NCBI GenBank assembly: GCA_013203625.1
Contig: JABMPX010000005.1
Span: 2,305-66,304, forward strand
Length of the DNA: 64,000 nt
Reading direction: 5' to 3'
Source of the DNA: Parcubacteria group bacterium
GTDB taxonomy: Bacteria; Patescibacteriota; Minisyncoccia; Portnoybacterales; UBA2143
Shown: positions 8,907 to 18,609 of the stretch, piece by piece
Layout: each line of letters starts with the position of its first letter
How positions within the stretch are numbered: position 1 is the stretch's first letter
Notes under the pieces: generated by a model
The model's database searches: none
Told to the model about the DNA's origin: nothing
What the model saw: the letters and a program-made list of their open reading frames with translations, nothing else
Translations under genes and position numbers: made by a program

Positions 8907-10193
8907 ATGAGAAATATTTTACAATACATTCTTAAAATTCTAGCCAAGCTGATTCTCTGGCGATATAAGCCAGAAGTTGTGGCAGTGACTGGAAGCGTGG
9001 GTAAAACAGGCGCTAAAGAGGCAATTTATTATGTTCTTAAAAAACAATTCAGAACGCGTCGAAACATAAAGAACTATAATAATGAAATAGGAGTGCCTTT
9101 AACTATTTTAGGACAGGATATTGCGCCAGAAACAAAAATAATTTTCCTATTCTCTTGGTTAATAATCTTTATTAAAGCGTGCTTAACTATTATTTGGCAA
9201 AGAAACTATCCTGAAATTCTGATTTTAGAGATGGGCGTTAGCCATCCCAACGATATGGAATATTTAATCAATTTTGTTCCAGTTAAAGTAGGAGTAATTA
9301 CAGCAATTGGCGAATTTCCGACACATTTGGAGTTTTTTCCAGAAAAAGACAAATTAATTAAAGAAAAAGCTCTTTTAGTAAAATCTTTAGTTAAAGATGG
9401 CGCAGCTATTTTAAATTATGATGATTTATCAATTAGAATGATTGGCGATGATTTGTCGGAAAAAACCAGAATAATTCAATATGGTTTTGGGCAGGGAGCA
9501 GATTTAAGAATTGTGAATTATGAATTAGGAACTATAAATTTGAACAAAAGTGATTATGGAATTAGTTTTAAATTAGAGTATAACGGGAGCATAGTACCAG
9601 TTAGATTGAATAAAGTTTTAGGAAAACAACAGGCTTTTGCAGCCGCGGCCGCAGCCAGTGTCGGTGTATTTTTTGGATTGAATTTAGTCGAGGTTTCTAA
9701 TGCTTTGAGGGAATATTGTTCTTTGCCTGGCAGGACTAAACTTCTTAAAGGAATTAAAAATACATGGATTATTGATGACACATACAATGCTTCGCCATTG
9801 GCTACAATAGCTAGTTTAAAAATTTTAGAAGAGTTAACAAATGAAGAATTCCAAGGAAAGAAAATAGCCGTTTTAGGAGATATGCTGGAATTAGGAGTAA
9901 ATACAGAAATTGGGCATCAACAAGTTGGACAAAAAGCAGCTGAAATTGTTGATTTGCTTTTTACAGTTGGCAAAAGAGCTAACTTTATTGCTGATGAAGC
10001 ATTAAAACAGGGATTAGATAAAGAAAAAGTTTTTAAATTTTCACAGCCAGAACAAGCGGGTTTAGACATTCAAAAAAAACTAAATCAAGGAGATGTTGTT
10101 TTAATAAAGGGTTCACGTGGAATGCATATGGAAAGAATAGTTAAGGAAATTATGGCTGAACCAGAAAAAGCAGAAAAATTATTGATAGCTTAA
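8907..10193 (+). CDS. murF: UDP-MurNAc-tripeptide--D-Ala-D-Ala ligase
   Basis: VTGSVGKT, NNEIGVP, DDTYNASP, LGDMLELG, KGSRG. Confidence 0.93.
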   Translation: MRNILQYILKILAKLILWRYKPEVVAVTGSVGKTGAKEAIYYVLKKQFRTRRNIKNYNNEIGVPLTILGQDIAPETKIIFLFSWLIIFIKACLTIIWQRNYPEILILEMGVSHPNDMEYLINFVPVKVGVITAIGEFPTHLEFFPEKDKLIKEKALLVKSLVKDGAAILNYDDLSIRMIGDDLSEKTRIIQYGFGQGADLRIVNYELGTINLNKSDYGISFKLEYNGSIVPVRLNKVLGKQQAFAAAAAASVGVFFGLNLVEVSNALREYCSLPGRTKLLKGIKNTWIIDDTYNASPLATIASLKILEELTNEEFQGKKIAVLGDMLELGVNTEIGHQQVGQKAAEIVDLLFTVGKRANFIADEALKQGLDKEKVFKFSQPEQAGLDIQKKLNQGDVVLIKGSRGMHMERIVKEIMAEPEKAEKLLIA

Positions 10194-10235
10194 TAATGGA
10201 CAAATATGGTCATTTGTGGTAGATTAAAGGTAAAT

Positions 10236-10307
10236 GGCCCTATCGTCTAGCGGTTAGGACGCCAGGTTCTCATCCTGGTAACTCGGGTTCGACTCCCGGT
10301 AGGGCTA
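10236..10307 (+). tRNA. tRNA-Glu(CTC), no encoded CCA
   Basis: GGCCCTA/TAGGGCT stem, CCAGG-TTCTCAT-CCTGG anticodon arm, GGTTCGACTCC. Confidence 0.95.
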
Positions 10308-10327
10308 CGCGAAAGGAGGTGAAAAAA

Positions 10328-10588
10328 ATGGCAGAGGAAAAATTAGTCGGAAAAATAACTCATTACTTCACGAATATCGGAGTTGGGGTTATTGAAATTA
10401 CTCAAGGCAAATTAGGAGTTGGCGATAAGATCCACATAAAAGGAGCAACTAGTGATTTTGAACAAACAGTTGATTCAATGCAAGTAGAACATGAAAATGT
10501 TGAGATTGCTAAAAAAGGGGATGCGATTGGATTGAAAGTTGAACAGCAAGTTCGAGAAGGCGATGAAGTTTATAAAACAGCAGAATAA
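10328..10588 (+). CDS. Small EF-Tu domain II / peptidase U32 C-terminal-like beta-barrel protein
   Basis: VGKITHYF..IGVG..GDKIHIKG..QTVDSMQ..VREGDEVY; SD AAGGAGGT upstream. Confidence 0.75.
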   Translation: MAEEKLVGKITHYFTNIGVGVIEITQGKLGVGDKIHIKGATSDFEQTVDSMQVEHENVEIAKKGDAIGLKVEQQVREGDEVYKTAE

Positions 10589-10600
10589 TTAAAAATAAAA

Positions 10601-11506
10601 ATGAGAGCAAAAAAGACGAGAATCAAAGCCCTGGTACTTTTTTCAGGCGGCTTGGATTCTATTTTAGCAGTTAAACTTTTACAAGAGCAGGACATAGATG
10701 TAACTGGCATAAGTTTTGTCAGTTATTTTTTTAATGCAGATTTAGCTGAAAAAGCAGCTAAAAATTTAAATATTAAGTTAAAGATAGTTGATTTTTCTGA
10801 TGAACATTTGACCTTGGTCAAAAATCCTCATTATGGATATGGCAAAGCAATTAATCCTTGTATTGATTGTCATTTGATGATGATAAAGAAAACCAAGGAA
10901 AGGTTAGAGAAATTTGACTTTGTTGCTACTGGCGAGGTTTTAGGCGAACGACCAATGTCACAGAATAAGCAGGCATTGGAATTAATTGAAAAACAATCGG
11001 GCCTCAAAGGTTATTTATTGCGTCCTTTGTCAGCTAAATTGCTTGAATCAACTATTGTGGAAAAGCAAGGATTAGTTAATAGAGACAAATTATTAGATAT
11101 TTCTGGCCGGAGCAGAAAAATGCAAATGGTTTTAGCTGAAAAATGGGGGATCAAAGAATATCCTACGCCAGCTGGCGGATGTTGTTTAACTGATTTGCAG
11201 TTTGCTCATCGTTTTAAAGAAATGTTAAAATATTGGCCAGATTGTGGAGGCAATGATGTTTTATTATTAAAATTAGGCCGTCATTTTTGGGAAAGGGAAA
11301 ATTTAATCATTGTTGGCCGTAATGAACAAGAAAATAAAGAGATTAAGAAATTATCTCAAAAAGGAGATTTATTGATAGAGCCGAAAGAATTTCCTGGACC
11401 AAGTATTTTAATTAGGAGTAAGACAAAAATTTTAAACCAAAGCTTAATTAGGGCTAAAGAGTTGATGATTAAATATGCGCATAAACAAAGGTCTATTATC
11501 AAATAG
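10601..11506 (+). CDS. PP-loop tRNA thiolation enzyme (ThiI/MnmA-related family)
   Basis: SGGLDS PP-loop, NPCIDCH, TGEVLGERPMSQ, PAGGCCLTD, VGRNEQEN. Confidence 0.8.
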   Translation: MRAKKTRIKALVLFSGGLDSILAVKLLQEQDIDVTGISFVSYFFNADLAEKAAKNLNIKLKIVDFSDEHLTLVKNPHYGYGKAINPCIDCHLMMIKKTKERLEKFDFVATGEVLGERPMSQNKQALELIEKQSGLKGYLLRPLSAKLLESTIVEKQGLVNRDKLLDISGRSRKMQMVLAEKWGIKEYPTPAGGCCLTDLQFAHRFKEMLKYWPDCGGNDVLLLKLGRHFWERENLIIVGRNEQENKEIKKLSQKGDLLIEPKEFPGPSILIRSKTKILNQSLIRAKELMIKYAHKQRSIIK

Positions 11507-11530
11507 GCCTTTTTGATGTATTATAATAAT

Positions 11531-14164
11531 ATGCAAAAACAATGGCATAGTTTTTCAATTAAAAAGACATTTCAGGAATTAAAGTCAGGAGCAAAAGGAT
11601 TAAGCCAGAAGCAAGCAGAAGAACGATTAAAGAAATTTGGTCTGAATAAACTTTCAAAAGACAAGCCCTTTTCAAAAATAAAGGTATTTTTAGAGCAGAT
11701 TAGAAGCCCTTTAATTTATATTTTATTTCTTGCCGGAATTATTACTTTAGTTCTATCTGAATATACTGATACAATTGTTATTTTCGGAGCAGTTCTTTTA
11801 AATACAATTGTTGGTTATTTACAAGAGAATAAAGCTAATCAGGCCTTAACAAAATTAAAGAAAATCCTGCGAGTAAAGGCAATTGTTTTGCGAAATAAAC
11901 AAGAAATGGAAATTACTCAAAAGTATCTTGTTCCAGGCGATATTATTTTTTTAAAAGCTGGCAATAAGGTGCCTGCTGACGCGCGAATAATTGAGAATCA
12001 TAATTTAAGAATTAATGAATCAGCTTTAACAGGTGAATGGCTGCCAGCTCAAAAAAACACTAGAACTTTATCCAAAGATATTTCTTTGGCTGATAGGGAC
12101 AACATGGCTTATATGGGGACAGTCGTTGAAAGCGGTTGGGGCAAAGCAGTTGTTGTTAATACTGGAATGTCTGCTGAAATTGGCCAGGTAGCCCAGATGA
12201 TTAAACAAACCAAAGAAAAGAAAACTCCTTATCAAAAAAAATTATCTCGTTTTAGCAGGATTATCGGCTTGGTTATTGTGGCTGTATGTTTGGCTATTTT
12301 TATTGAAGGAATGCTTGCTGGAGGCAGTTTTATTGAAATGTTTACTACTTCTATTGCTGTTGCTGTTGCAGCGATTCCAGAAGGCCTGCCAGTGGCAATG
12401 ACTGTTATTTTGGCTTTGGGTATGCAGAGAATTTTAAAAAGAAAAGGATTGGTTCGCAGATTAGCTTCAGCTGAAACATTGGGCAGTACCTCAATAATTT
12501 TAACTGACAAAACAGGAACTCTAACTGAAGCAAAAATGGAAGTGGCTGGCATTTTTGCCGGAGCAGATTTAAATTCCTCATCTAATATATCAGCTTTGAA
12601 AATTGCAATGCTTTGCAATGAATCGTTCATTGAGAATTTAAATGAACCAATGAAAAAATGGATTATTCGCGGTCGTCCAACTGAGAAAGCTTTGTTATTA
12701 GCTGGCATTCAATCTGGACTTAATAAAAAAGAATTGGAAGAAAAACAGCCAATAATTGATAGATTTCTTTTTGACTCGACTTATAAATATTCTGCTAGTT
12801 TGCATAAATTTAATTTAGAAAACAATATTTTATACACAGTTGGTTCTCCAGAAAAACTTTTAACTATGTCTAGTTATTTAGACAACAAAGGGACAAAGGA
12901 AAAGTTATTAATAACTGATTTTAAGAGAGTAAAAGAAAAAATTAATAAATTAACTAAACAGGGATTAAGAGTAGTGGCAGTTGCTTATAAAGAAATCCCA
13001 GTTAATAAAACAGGGGATTATAAAGAGTTAACAGATTTAATTGAAGAAATAGTTTTTGTCGGGCTTTTTGCTTTGCATGACCCGATTAGAAAAGAGACAA
13101 AAAAAGTGATGGATCTTTGCAGGCAGGCAGGCATGAAGCCGATTATTGTTACTGGGGACCACAAATTAACTGCTTTAACAGTAGCCAATAAGCTTGGTTT
13201 CAAAGTTAAAGAAAAAGATATTTTAGAAGGCAGGGATTTATCTAAAATGTCTGATAAAGAGTTCAAAAAGAGGTTTGAAAAGATTCGGGTTTATGCTCGG
13301 GTTGAACCAGCTCAGAAATTAAGAATTGTTCAGGCCTGGCAGGATAAAGGAGAGATAGTAGCAATGACCGGTGATGGAATTAATGATGCGCCAGCTTTAA
13401 AACAAGCAGATATAGGCGTTGCCTTGGGTTCAGGAACTGATATTGCCAAAGAGGTTTCTGATTTGGTTCTTTTAACTGATAATTTTAATATTATTGTGGC
13501 GGCCATTGAAGAAGGGCGGGCTATTATTGATAATATTAGAAAAATAATTACTTATTTGCTTTCAGACAGTTTTACAGAAGTTATTTTAATTAGCATGAGC
13601 TTGCTTTTTGGCTGGCCATTGCCAATTTTAGCTGCCCAGATTTTATGGGTTAATTTAATTGAAGATGGTCCTTTAGGTATTTGTTTGGCTTTTGAAAAAA
13701 AAGAAAAAGGCATTATGAAACAAAAGCCGCAAAATTATGGCCTTTTCCTTTTAAATAAAGAAATGAAGACATTGATTTTTATTATAGGCCTAATTACTGA
13801 TATTCTTTTATTAGGACTTTTCTTTTTTCTTTTAAAATATTCTGGATATGAAATACCTCATATTAGATCAATAATTTTTGCTGGTTTGACTATTGATTCT
13901 CTTTTTTATATTTTCTCCTGTAAAAGTTTGCGCAGAAATTTATGGCATATTAATCTTTTATCTAATAAGTTTTTAATTTTTGCCTGGTTGTTTGGAGCGA
14001 TAATGTTATTACTTGCTCTTTATGCGCCTTTCTTGCAAACGCTTTTAAAAACTGTGCCGTTAAATCTTTTTGATTGGTGTTTGGTTTTAGGATTAGGATT
14101 CTTGAATATAGTCTTAATTGAAATTACTAAACATCATTTTATTGTTAAAAGGGAAATCAAATGA
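11531..14164 (+). CDS. Cation-transporting P-type ATPase (type IIA, Ca2+-like)
   Basis: LTGE, IPEGLP, DKTGTLT, TGDGINDAPAL, ILWVNL. Confidence 0.93.
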   Translation: MQKQWHSFSIKKTFQELKSGAKGLSQKQAEERLKKFGLNKLSKDKPFSKIKVFLEQIRSPLIYILFLAGIITLVLSEYTDTIVIFGAVLLNTIVGYLQENKANQALTKLKKILRVKAIVLRNKQEMEITQKYLVPGDIIFLKAGNKVPADARIIENHNLRINESALTGEWLPAQKNTRTLSKDISLADRDNMAYMGTVVESGWGKAVVVNTGMSAEIGQVAQMIKQTKEKKTPYQKKLSRFSRIIGLVIVAVCLAIFIEGMLAGGSFIEMFTTSIAVAVAAIPEGLPVAMTVILALGMQRILKRKGLVRRLASAETLGSTSIILTDKTGTLTEAKMEVAGIFAGADLNSSSNISALKIAMLCNESFIENLNEPMKKWIIRGRPTEKALLLAGIQSGLNKKELEEKQPIIDRFLFDSTYKYSASLHKFNLENNILYTVGSPEKLLTMSSYLDNKGTKEKLLITDFKRVKEKINKLTKQGLRVVAVAYKEIPVNKTGDYKELTDLIEEIVFVGLFALHDPIRKETKKVMDLCRQAGMKPIIVTGDHKLTALTVANKLGFKVKEKDILEGRDLSKMSDKEFKKRFEKIRVYARVEPAQKLRIVQAWQDKGEIVAMTGDGINDAPALKQADIGVALGSGTDIAKEVSDLVLLTDNFNIIVAAIEEGRAIIDNIRKIITYLLSDSFTEVILISMSLLFGWPLPILAAQILWVNLIEDGPLGICLAFEKKEKGIMKQKPQNYGLFLLNKEMKTLIFIIGLITDILLLGLFFFLLKYSGYEIPHIRSIIFAGLTIDSLFYIFSCKSLRRNLWHINLLSNKFLIFAWLFGAIMLLLALYAPFLQTLLKTVPLNLFDWCLVLGLGFLNIVLIEITKHHFIVKREIK

Positions 14165-15111
14165 CCTTGCATATTCTAATTTTTATTACTTCATTTTTCT
14201 TGCTGGTTTTATCAAGCAAGTGGTTAATTGATGCTTTAATAAAATTAGCTAAATTTTTGGGCTGGAAGGAATTTGTAGTTGCTTTTTTCACAATGGCTAT
14301 GGCTGGAGCAATCCCTAATCTTTCAGTTGGCTTAAGCTCTGTTTTCCATAAAGTTCCTCAACTTTCTTTTGCTGAAATTGTTGGCGGTAATATTGTTGAT
14401 TTAACTGTAGCAGTAGCCCTAGCAGCTCTTATTTCAAAAAAAGGACTTACTTTGGCTAGCCGAACTGTTCAAGGCAGCGCTATTTTTACTTTGATTGTGG
14501 CTGTTTTGCCTTTGCTTTTAATAGCCGATGGTCAGCTTTCTCAAATAGATGGTCTTTTGTTAGTTTCGGCTTTTTTTGTCTATATATTCTGGCTATTTAA
14601 TAAAGAAGACCGATTTAGTAAAATTTACAATAAAATTAAAAGACCATTGGGTTTTAAAACTGTTTTTCAGAATATAGGAATTTTAATAGGAGCAATTATT
14701 TTACTCGTTTTAGCAGCTGAAGGAATTGTAAGATCAGCTACTTTTTTCTCAATGAGCTTGAATCTTCCACTTGTTTTAATTGGTATTTTAATTGTTGGAT
14801 TAGGCAATGCTTTGCCTGAAATTTTCTTTAGTATTCAGGCAGCAAAAAGAGGCAAAGATTGGCTGGTAGTTGGCAATGTTATGGGTTCAATAATTATCCC
14901 AGCTACTTTGGTTCTTGGAATAGTTGCTTTTTTTTCTCCAATTAAAATTACTGATTTTTCGCCATTTGCTATTGGCCGATTTTTCCTGATTGTTTCAGCT
15001 ATATTTTTCTTGCTTTTTATACGAACTAATCGAAAAATTACCAAAAAAGAAGCTGTTTTCTTATTATTAATCTATCTGGCCTTTGTTTTGGCCGAAATTA
15101 TGTTAAAATAA
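14161..15111 (+). CDS. Na+/Ca2+ exchanger family (CaCA) protein
   Basis: Two alpha repeats (AGAIPN..GGNIVD; GNALPE..GNVMGS), about 10 TM helices. Confidence 0.88.
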   Translation: MTLHILIFITSFFLLVLSSKWLIDALIKLAKFLGWKEFVVAFFTMAMAGAIPNLSVGLSSVFHKVPQLSFAEIVGGNIVDLTVAVALAALISKKGLTLASRTVQGSAIFTLIVAVLPLLLIADGQLSQIDGLLLVSAFFVYIFWLFNKEDRFSKIYNKIKRPLGFKTVFQNIGILIGAIILLVLAAEGIVRSATFFSMSLNLPLVLIGILIVGLGNALPEIFFSIQAAKRGKDWLVVGNVMGSIIIPATLVLGIVAFFSPIKITDFSPFAIGRFFLIVSAIFFLLFIRTNRKITKKEAVFLLLIYLAFVLAEIMLK

Positions 15112-15116
15112 CTATT

Positions 15117-16157
15117 ATGGAGTATTTCACTAATGCGCTTTTAATTTTAATTGTTGCGGGCTTGGGTCTGATATTTTTTCTGTTATTTAAAAAAAGAACA
15201 AATAAACCAGAAAAAGAATCCATGCTTATGCTTCAGCAGCAATTAAATCAGCTTAGTCAGGTTTTGGATAATAAGCTAAGTGAATCAACTAAATCTCTTC
15301 AAAATCAATTTAACCAGAGCAACAAGATTATCAGAGATGTAACTGAAAAACTTACTAAATTGGATAGTACTAATAAACGAGTAGTCGGTTTTGCTGAACA
15401 ATTGCAATCTTTAGAGAATATTTTGACCAATCCTAAGCGTCGGGGCGTTTTAGGTGAATATTATTTAGAAGAATTATTAAAGAACATTTTTAATCCAAGC
15501 CAATACAAAATGCAGTATGCTTTTAAGGATGGCAAGATTGTTGATGCAGTAATATTTTTAAAAGATAAAATAATTCCGATTGATTCTAAATTTTCTTTGG
15601 AAAATTACAATAGGATTATAGGAGAAAACGATCCAAATAAAAGAGAGCAATTAGAAAAAGCATTTAAGCAGGATTTAAAGACAAGAATTGATGAAACAGC
15701 TCAATATATCAGGCCAAAAGAAAAGACCTATGAATTTGCTTTTATGTTTATTCCGGCCGAAGCCATTTATTATGATTTGTTAGTTAATAGGATTGGAGCT
15801 ATCAAGGCCAACACTAGAAGCTTGTTAGATTACGCAGTTAGAGAAAAGCATGTTCATATAGTTTCGCCTACTTCTTTTTTCGCTTATTTACAGACAATTT
15901 TAGAAGGATTGCGAGGTATGCAGATTGAAGAGTCAACAAAAGAAATTATTAAAATGGTAGGCAAATTAGATAGACATATTAAAGGTTATAGTTCATATCA
16001 TAAAAAAATAGGCGATAGTATTAATACTACAGTTAATATGTATAACAGTTCTTCTAAAGAATTGAAAAAAGTGGATAAGGATGTAGCCAAGATTACCGGA
16101 GGAAAACCAGAAGTAGAAATTAAAGAAATAGAGAAACCATCTGCGGAGCGGGAATAG
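15117..16157 (+). CDS. rmuC: DNA recombination protein RmuC
   Basis: N-terminal TM, RGVLGE, PIDSKF, FAFMFIPAE, VSPTS. Confidence 0.93.
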   Translation: MEYFTNALLILIVAGLGLIFFLLFKKRTNKPEKESMLMLQQQLNQLSQVLDNKLSESTKSLQNQFNQSNKIIRDVTEKLTKLDSTNKRVVGFAEQLQSLENILTNPKRRGVLGEYYLEELLKNIFNPSQYKMQYAFKDGKIVDAVIFLKDKIIPIDSKFSLENYNRIIGENDPNKREQLEKAFKQDLKTRIDETAQYIRPKEKTYEFAFMFIPAEAIYYDLLVNRIGAIKANTRSLLDYAVREKHVHIVSPTSFFAYLQTILEGLRGMQIEESTKEIIKMVGKLDRHIKGYSSYHKKIGDSINTTVNMYNSSSKELKKVDKDVAKITGGKPEVEIKEIEKPSAERE

Positions 16158-16223
16158 CTTAATTGGTAAAGCCTTTTGCTCCCAGCAAGAGAGTCACAGG
16201 TTCGAGCCCTGTTTCCCGCTCCA
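16148..16223 (+). tRNA. tRNA-Gly(CCC) with CCA; overlaps the rmuC 3' end
   Basis: GCGGGAA/TTCCCGC stem, U discriminator then CCA, anticodon loop CTCCCAG, GGTTCGAGCCC. Confidence 0.9.
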
Positions 16224-16232
16224 AATTTAAAA

Positions 16233-16262
16233 ACGGCGGATGATTAAAATTCATCCGCCTTA
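16233..16262 (+). terminator. Hairpin after tRNA-Gly
   Basis: GGCGGATGA...TCATCCGCC inverted repeat. Confidence 0.55.
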
Positions 16263-16301
16263 GTTATTGATTTTTATTCTTATTTAAGTTATATTAGATT
16301 T

Positions 16302-16616
16302 ATGTTTGCAGTAATTAAAACAGGTAGTAAACAGTATTTGGTTTCGCCTGGCGATAAAATCAAAATAGAAAAATTAGAAACAGACGAAGGCAAAGAAATC
16401 ATCTTTGACCAAGTTTTATTATTGGAAAAAAATAAGGCGTTAAAAATAGGCGACCCCTTAGTTAAAGGCGCTAAAGTCACGGCGAAAGTTTTAAAACAAG
16501 ACAGAGCTAAGAAAGTGATTATTTTCAAATACAAGCCCAAGAAACGCTACCAAAAAAAAATGGGCCATCGTCAGCCCTATACAGAAGTAGAGATATTAAA
16601 GTTTGAGGTTTTTTAA
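16302..16616 (+). CDS. rplU: 50S ribosomal protein L21
   Basis: MFAVIKTGSKQY, GHRQPYT. Confidence 0.97.
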   Translation: MFAVIKTGSKQYLVSPGDKIKIEKLETDEGKEIIFDQVLLLEKNKALKIGDPLVKGAKVTAKVLKQDRAKKVIIFKYKPKKRYQKKMGHRQPYTEVEILKFEVF

Positions 16617-16629
16617 GGACTGTCCTTGT

Positions 16630-17229
16630 CTATTTACGTCCCAAAAGAGCGCTAGTTAAAGTGTTTTCATCAATATATTCTAAATCGCTGCCAAATGATA
16701 ATCCGCGGCCTAAACGGGTTATTTTTATTTCAAAAGGTTTTAATAATCGTTGAATATACAAAGCAGTAGTATCTCCTTCAGTAGTCGGGCTTAAGGCAAA
16801 AATTATTTCTTTAATTTGGGGCTGGCTTTTTTTAATTCTATTAATTAATGTTTCAATTTGTATGTTATCTGGACCAATTCCATCACTTGGCGAAATTAAG
16901 CCGCCTAAAACATGATAGAGTCCATCATATTGTTTGGTCTTTTCTAATGGAATAATATTCAAAATATTTTCTACTAAACAAATTATTTCTTTGTTTCTTT
17001 TTGAATCCTGGCACATAGAACAAAGCTGATTGTTTTTATTTGTAATATTAAAACATTGAGAGCAAAGATGAATTTCTGTTTTAAGATTTTTAATCAAAGA
17101 AGATAAATCATCTAATTTTCCTTGTTCTTGATTGATTAAATAAAAAACTAACCGAGTAGCAGCTCGGGGTCCAATATCAGGTAATTGACTTAATTGATTA
17201 ATTAAGTTTTGGATTGAATTAGGAAACAT
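16630..17229 (-). CDS. recR: Recombination mediator RecR
   Basis: LPDIGPRAATRL, C4 zinc finger, YHVLGG, TOPRIM EGDTTA. Confidence 0.96.
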   Translation of the reverse strand: MFPNSIQNLINQLSQLPDIGPRAATRLVFYLINQEQGKLDDLSSLIKNLKTEIHLCSQCFNITNKNNQLCSMCQDSKRNKEIICLVENILNIIPLEKTKQYDGLYHVLGGLISPSDGIGPDNIQIETLINRIKKSQPQIKEIIFALSPTTEGDTTALYIQRLLKPFEIKITRLGRGLSFGSDLEYIDENTLTSALLGRK

Positions 17230-17241
17230 GCCAATATAATT

Positions 17242-18609
17242 TTACTCTCCTAAGTGCTTCTCCAGATTTTTAAAACTAACCTGGCTTTCATTGAAAAAAA
17301 GTTCTATTCTGCCAGTTGGTCCATTGCGATGCTTAGCAATATGAATTTCTGCAATATTCTTTCGTTCAGTATTGGGGTTATCTTTATCTTCTCTGTAGAT
17401 AAAAAGGACTACATCGCTATCCTGTTCAATAGCTCCTGAATCACGAAGGTCAGAGAGTTTAGGAATGGAAGGAGAACGGCTTTCAACTGCGCGATTAAGC
17501 TGTGAAAGAGCTAGAATTGGAAGATTAAGCTCTCTCCCTAATGTCTTTAAGCTGCGTGATATTTCTGTCATTTGTTGAACTGGCGGATCACTTGGATTTC
17601 GCGGTTGAATCATTTGTATATAGTCAATAATAATTAATCCTAAGTCATGTTCGCTTTGCAAACGACGAGCCATTGTTCTTATTTGCATAATTGTTGGCGA
17701 AGGAGCGTCATCAATAAAAATAGAAGAAGCTGATAATTCATCTAGGGCTTGCTGAATGCGCTGGAAATCATTGTCTGGCCCTTCGCCAGATAAGCGTCCT
17801 GTGCGCATGCGCCAAGAATCTACTTCAGCTTGAGCGCAGATTAATCGGTCAACTAATTGCTCCTTGGACATTTCCAAACTAAAAATAGCTACTGGCGTTT
17901 TTTCTTTTGTAGAAATATGGCGGGCAAAGTCCAAAGCTAATGAAGTTTTACCAAGTGATGGTCTGGACGCTAAAATAATTAAATCTGATTTTTGTAAACC
18001 AGATAAATGATTATCTAAATCAGCAAAACCAGTTGGTATTCCTCGAGTAACATCTTCTCCGCGATGCAATTTGTCAATTCTCTCAAAAGCGTCTTCTAAT
18101 GTATCTTTAATAGGAATAAATTTTTGACTAATTGATTTTTGAGAAATACTAAAAATTTTTTGTTCAGCAGTATCAACTAAACCTTCAACATCCTCATCTT
18201 CCTTATAGCTTATTTGTTCAATTTCATGAGAGGCATTAATCAAGTCACGAAGAACTTTTTTGCTCTTGATAATTTTAGCATAATGGGCAATATGAGCTGC
18301 TGTAGGCACAGAATTAACCAAATTGCTTAAATATGTAGCGCCGCCGATGTCTTTCAATTGTTTTTTTTCTTTTAAGCGATTAGTTAAGCTAAGCAGATCA
18401 ATTGGTTCATTCTTCTCATAAAGCTCTAATATTGCTTGATAAATATTACCGTGGCTTCCTCTATAAAAATCATCCGACTTTAGAATATCAGCCACTTTAA
18501 AAATTCCTTCTTTGTCCAACATCAAAGAGCCGAGAACCGACTGTTCTGCTTCAATATTTTGAGGAGGCAAACGCCCTTCAATTGATTTAACTTGTTTACT
18601 TATAGCCAT
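17242..18609 (-). CDS. dnaB: Replicative DNA helicase
   Basis: PPQNIEAEQSVLG, ASRPSLGKT, DYIQ, LSQLNR, LRDSGAIEQD. Confidence 0.97.
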   Translation of the reverse strand: MAISKQVKSIEGRLPPQNIEAEQSVLGSLMLDKEGIFKVADILKSDDFYRGSHGNIYQAILELYEKNEPIDLLSLTNRLKEKKQLKDIGGATYLSNLVNSVPTAAHIAHYAKIIKSKKVLRDLINASHEIEQISYKEDEDVEGLVDTAEQKIFSISQKSISQKFIPIKDTLEDAFERIDKLHRGEDVTRGIPTGFADLDNHLSGLQKSDLIILASRPSLGKTSLALDFARHISTKEKTPVAIFSLEMSKEQLVDRLICAQAEVDSWRMRTGRLSGEGPDNDFQRIQQALDELSASSIFIDDAPSPTIMQIRTMARRLQSEHDLGLIIIDYIQMIQPRNPSDPPVQQMTEISRSLKTLGRELNLPILALSQLNRAVESRSPSIPKLSDLRDSGAIEQDSDVVLFIYREDKDNPNTERKNIAEIHIAKHRNGPTGRIELFFNESQVSFKNLEKHLGE

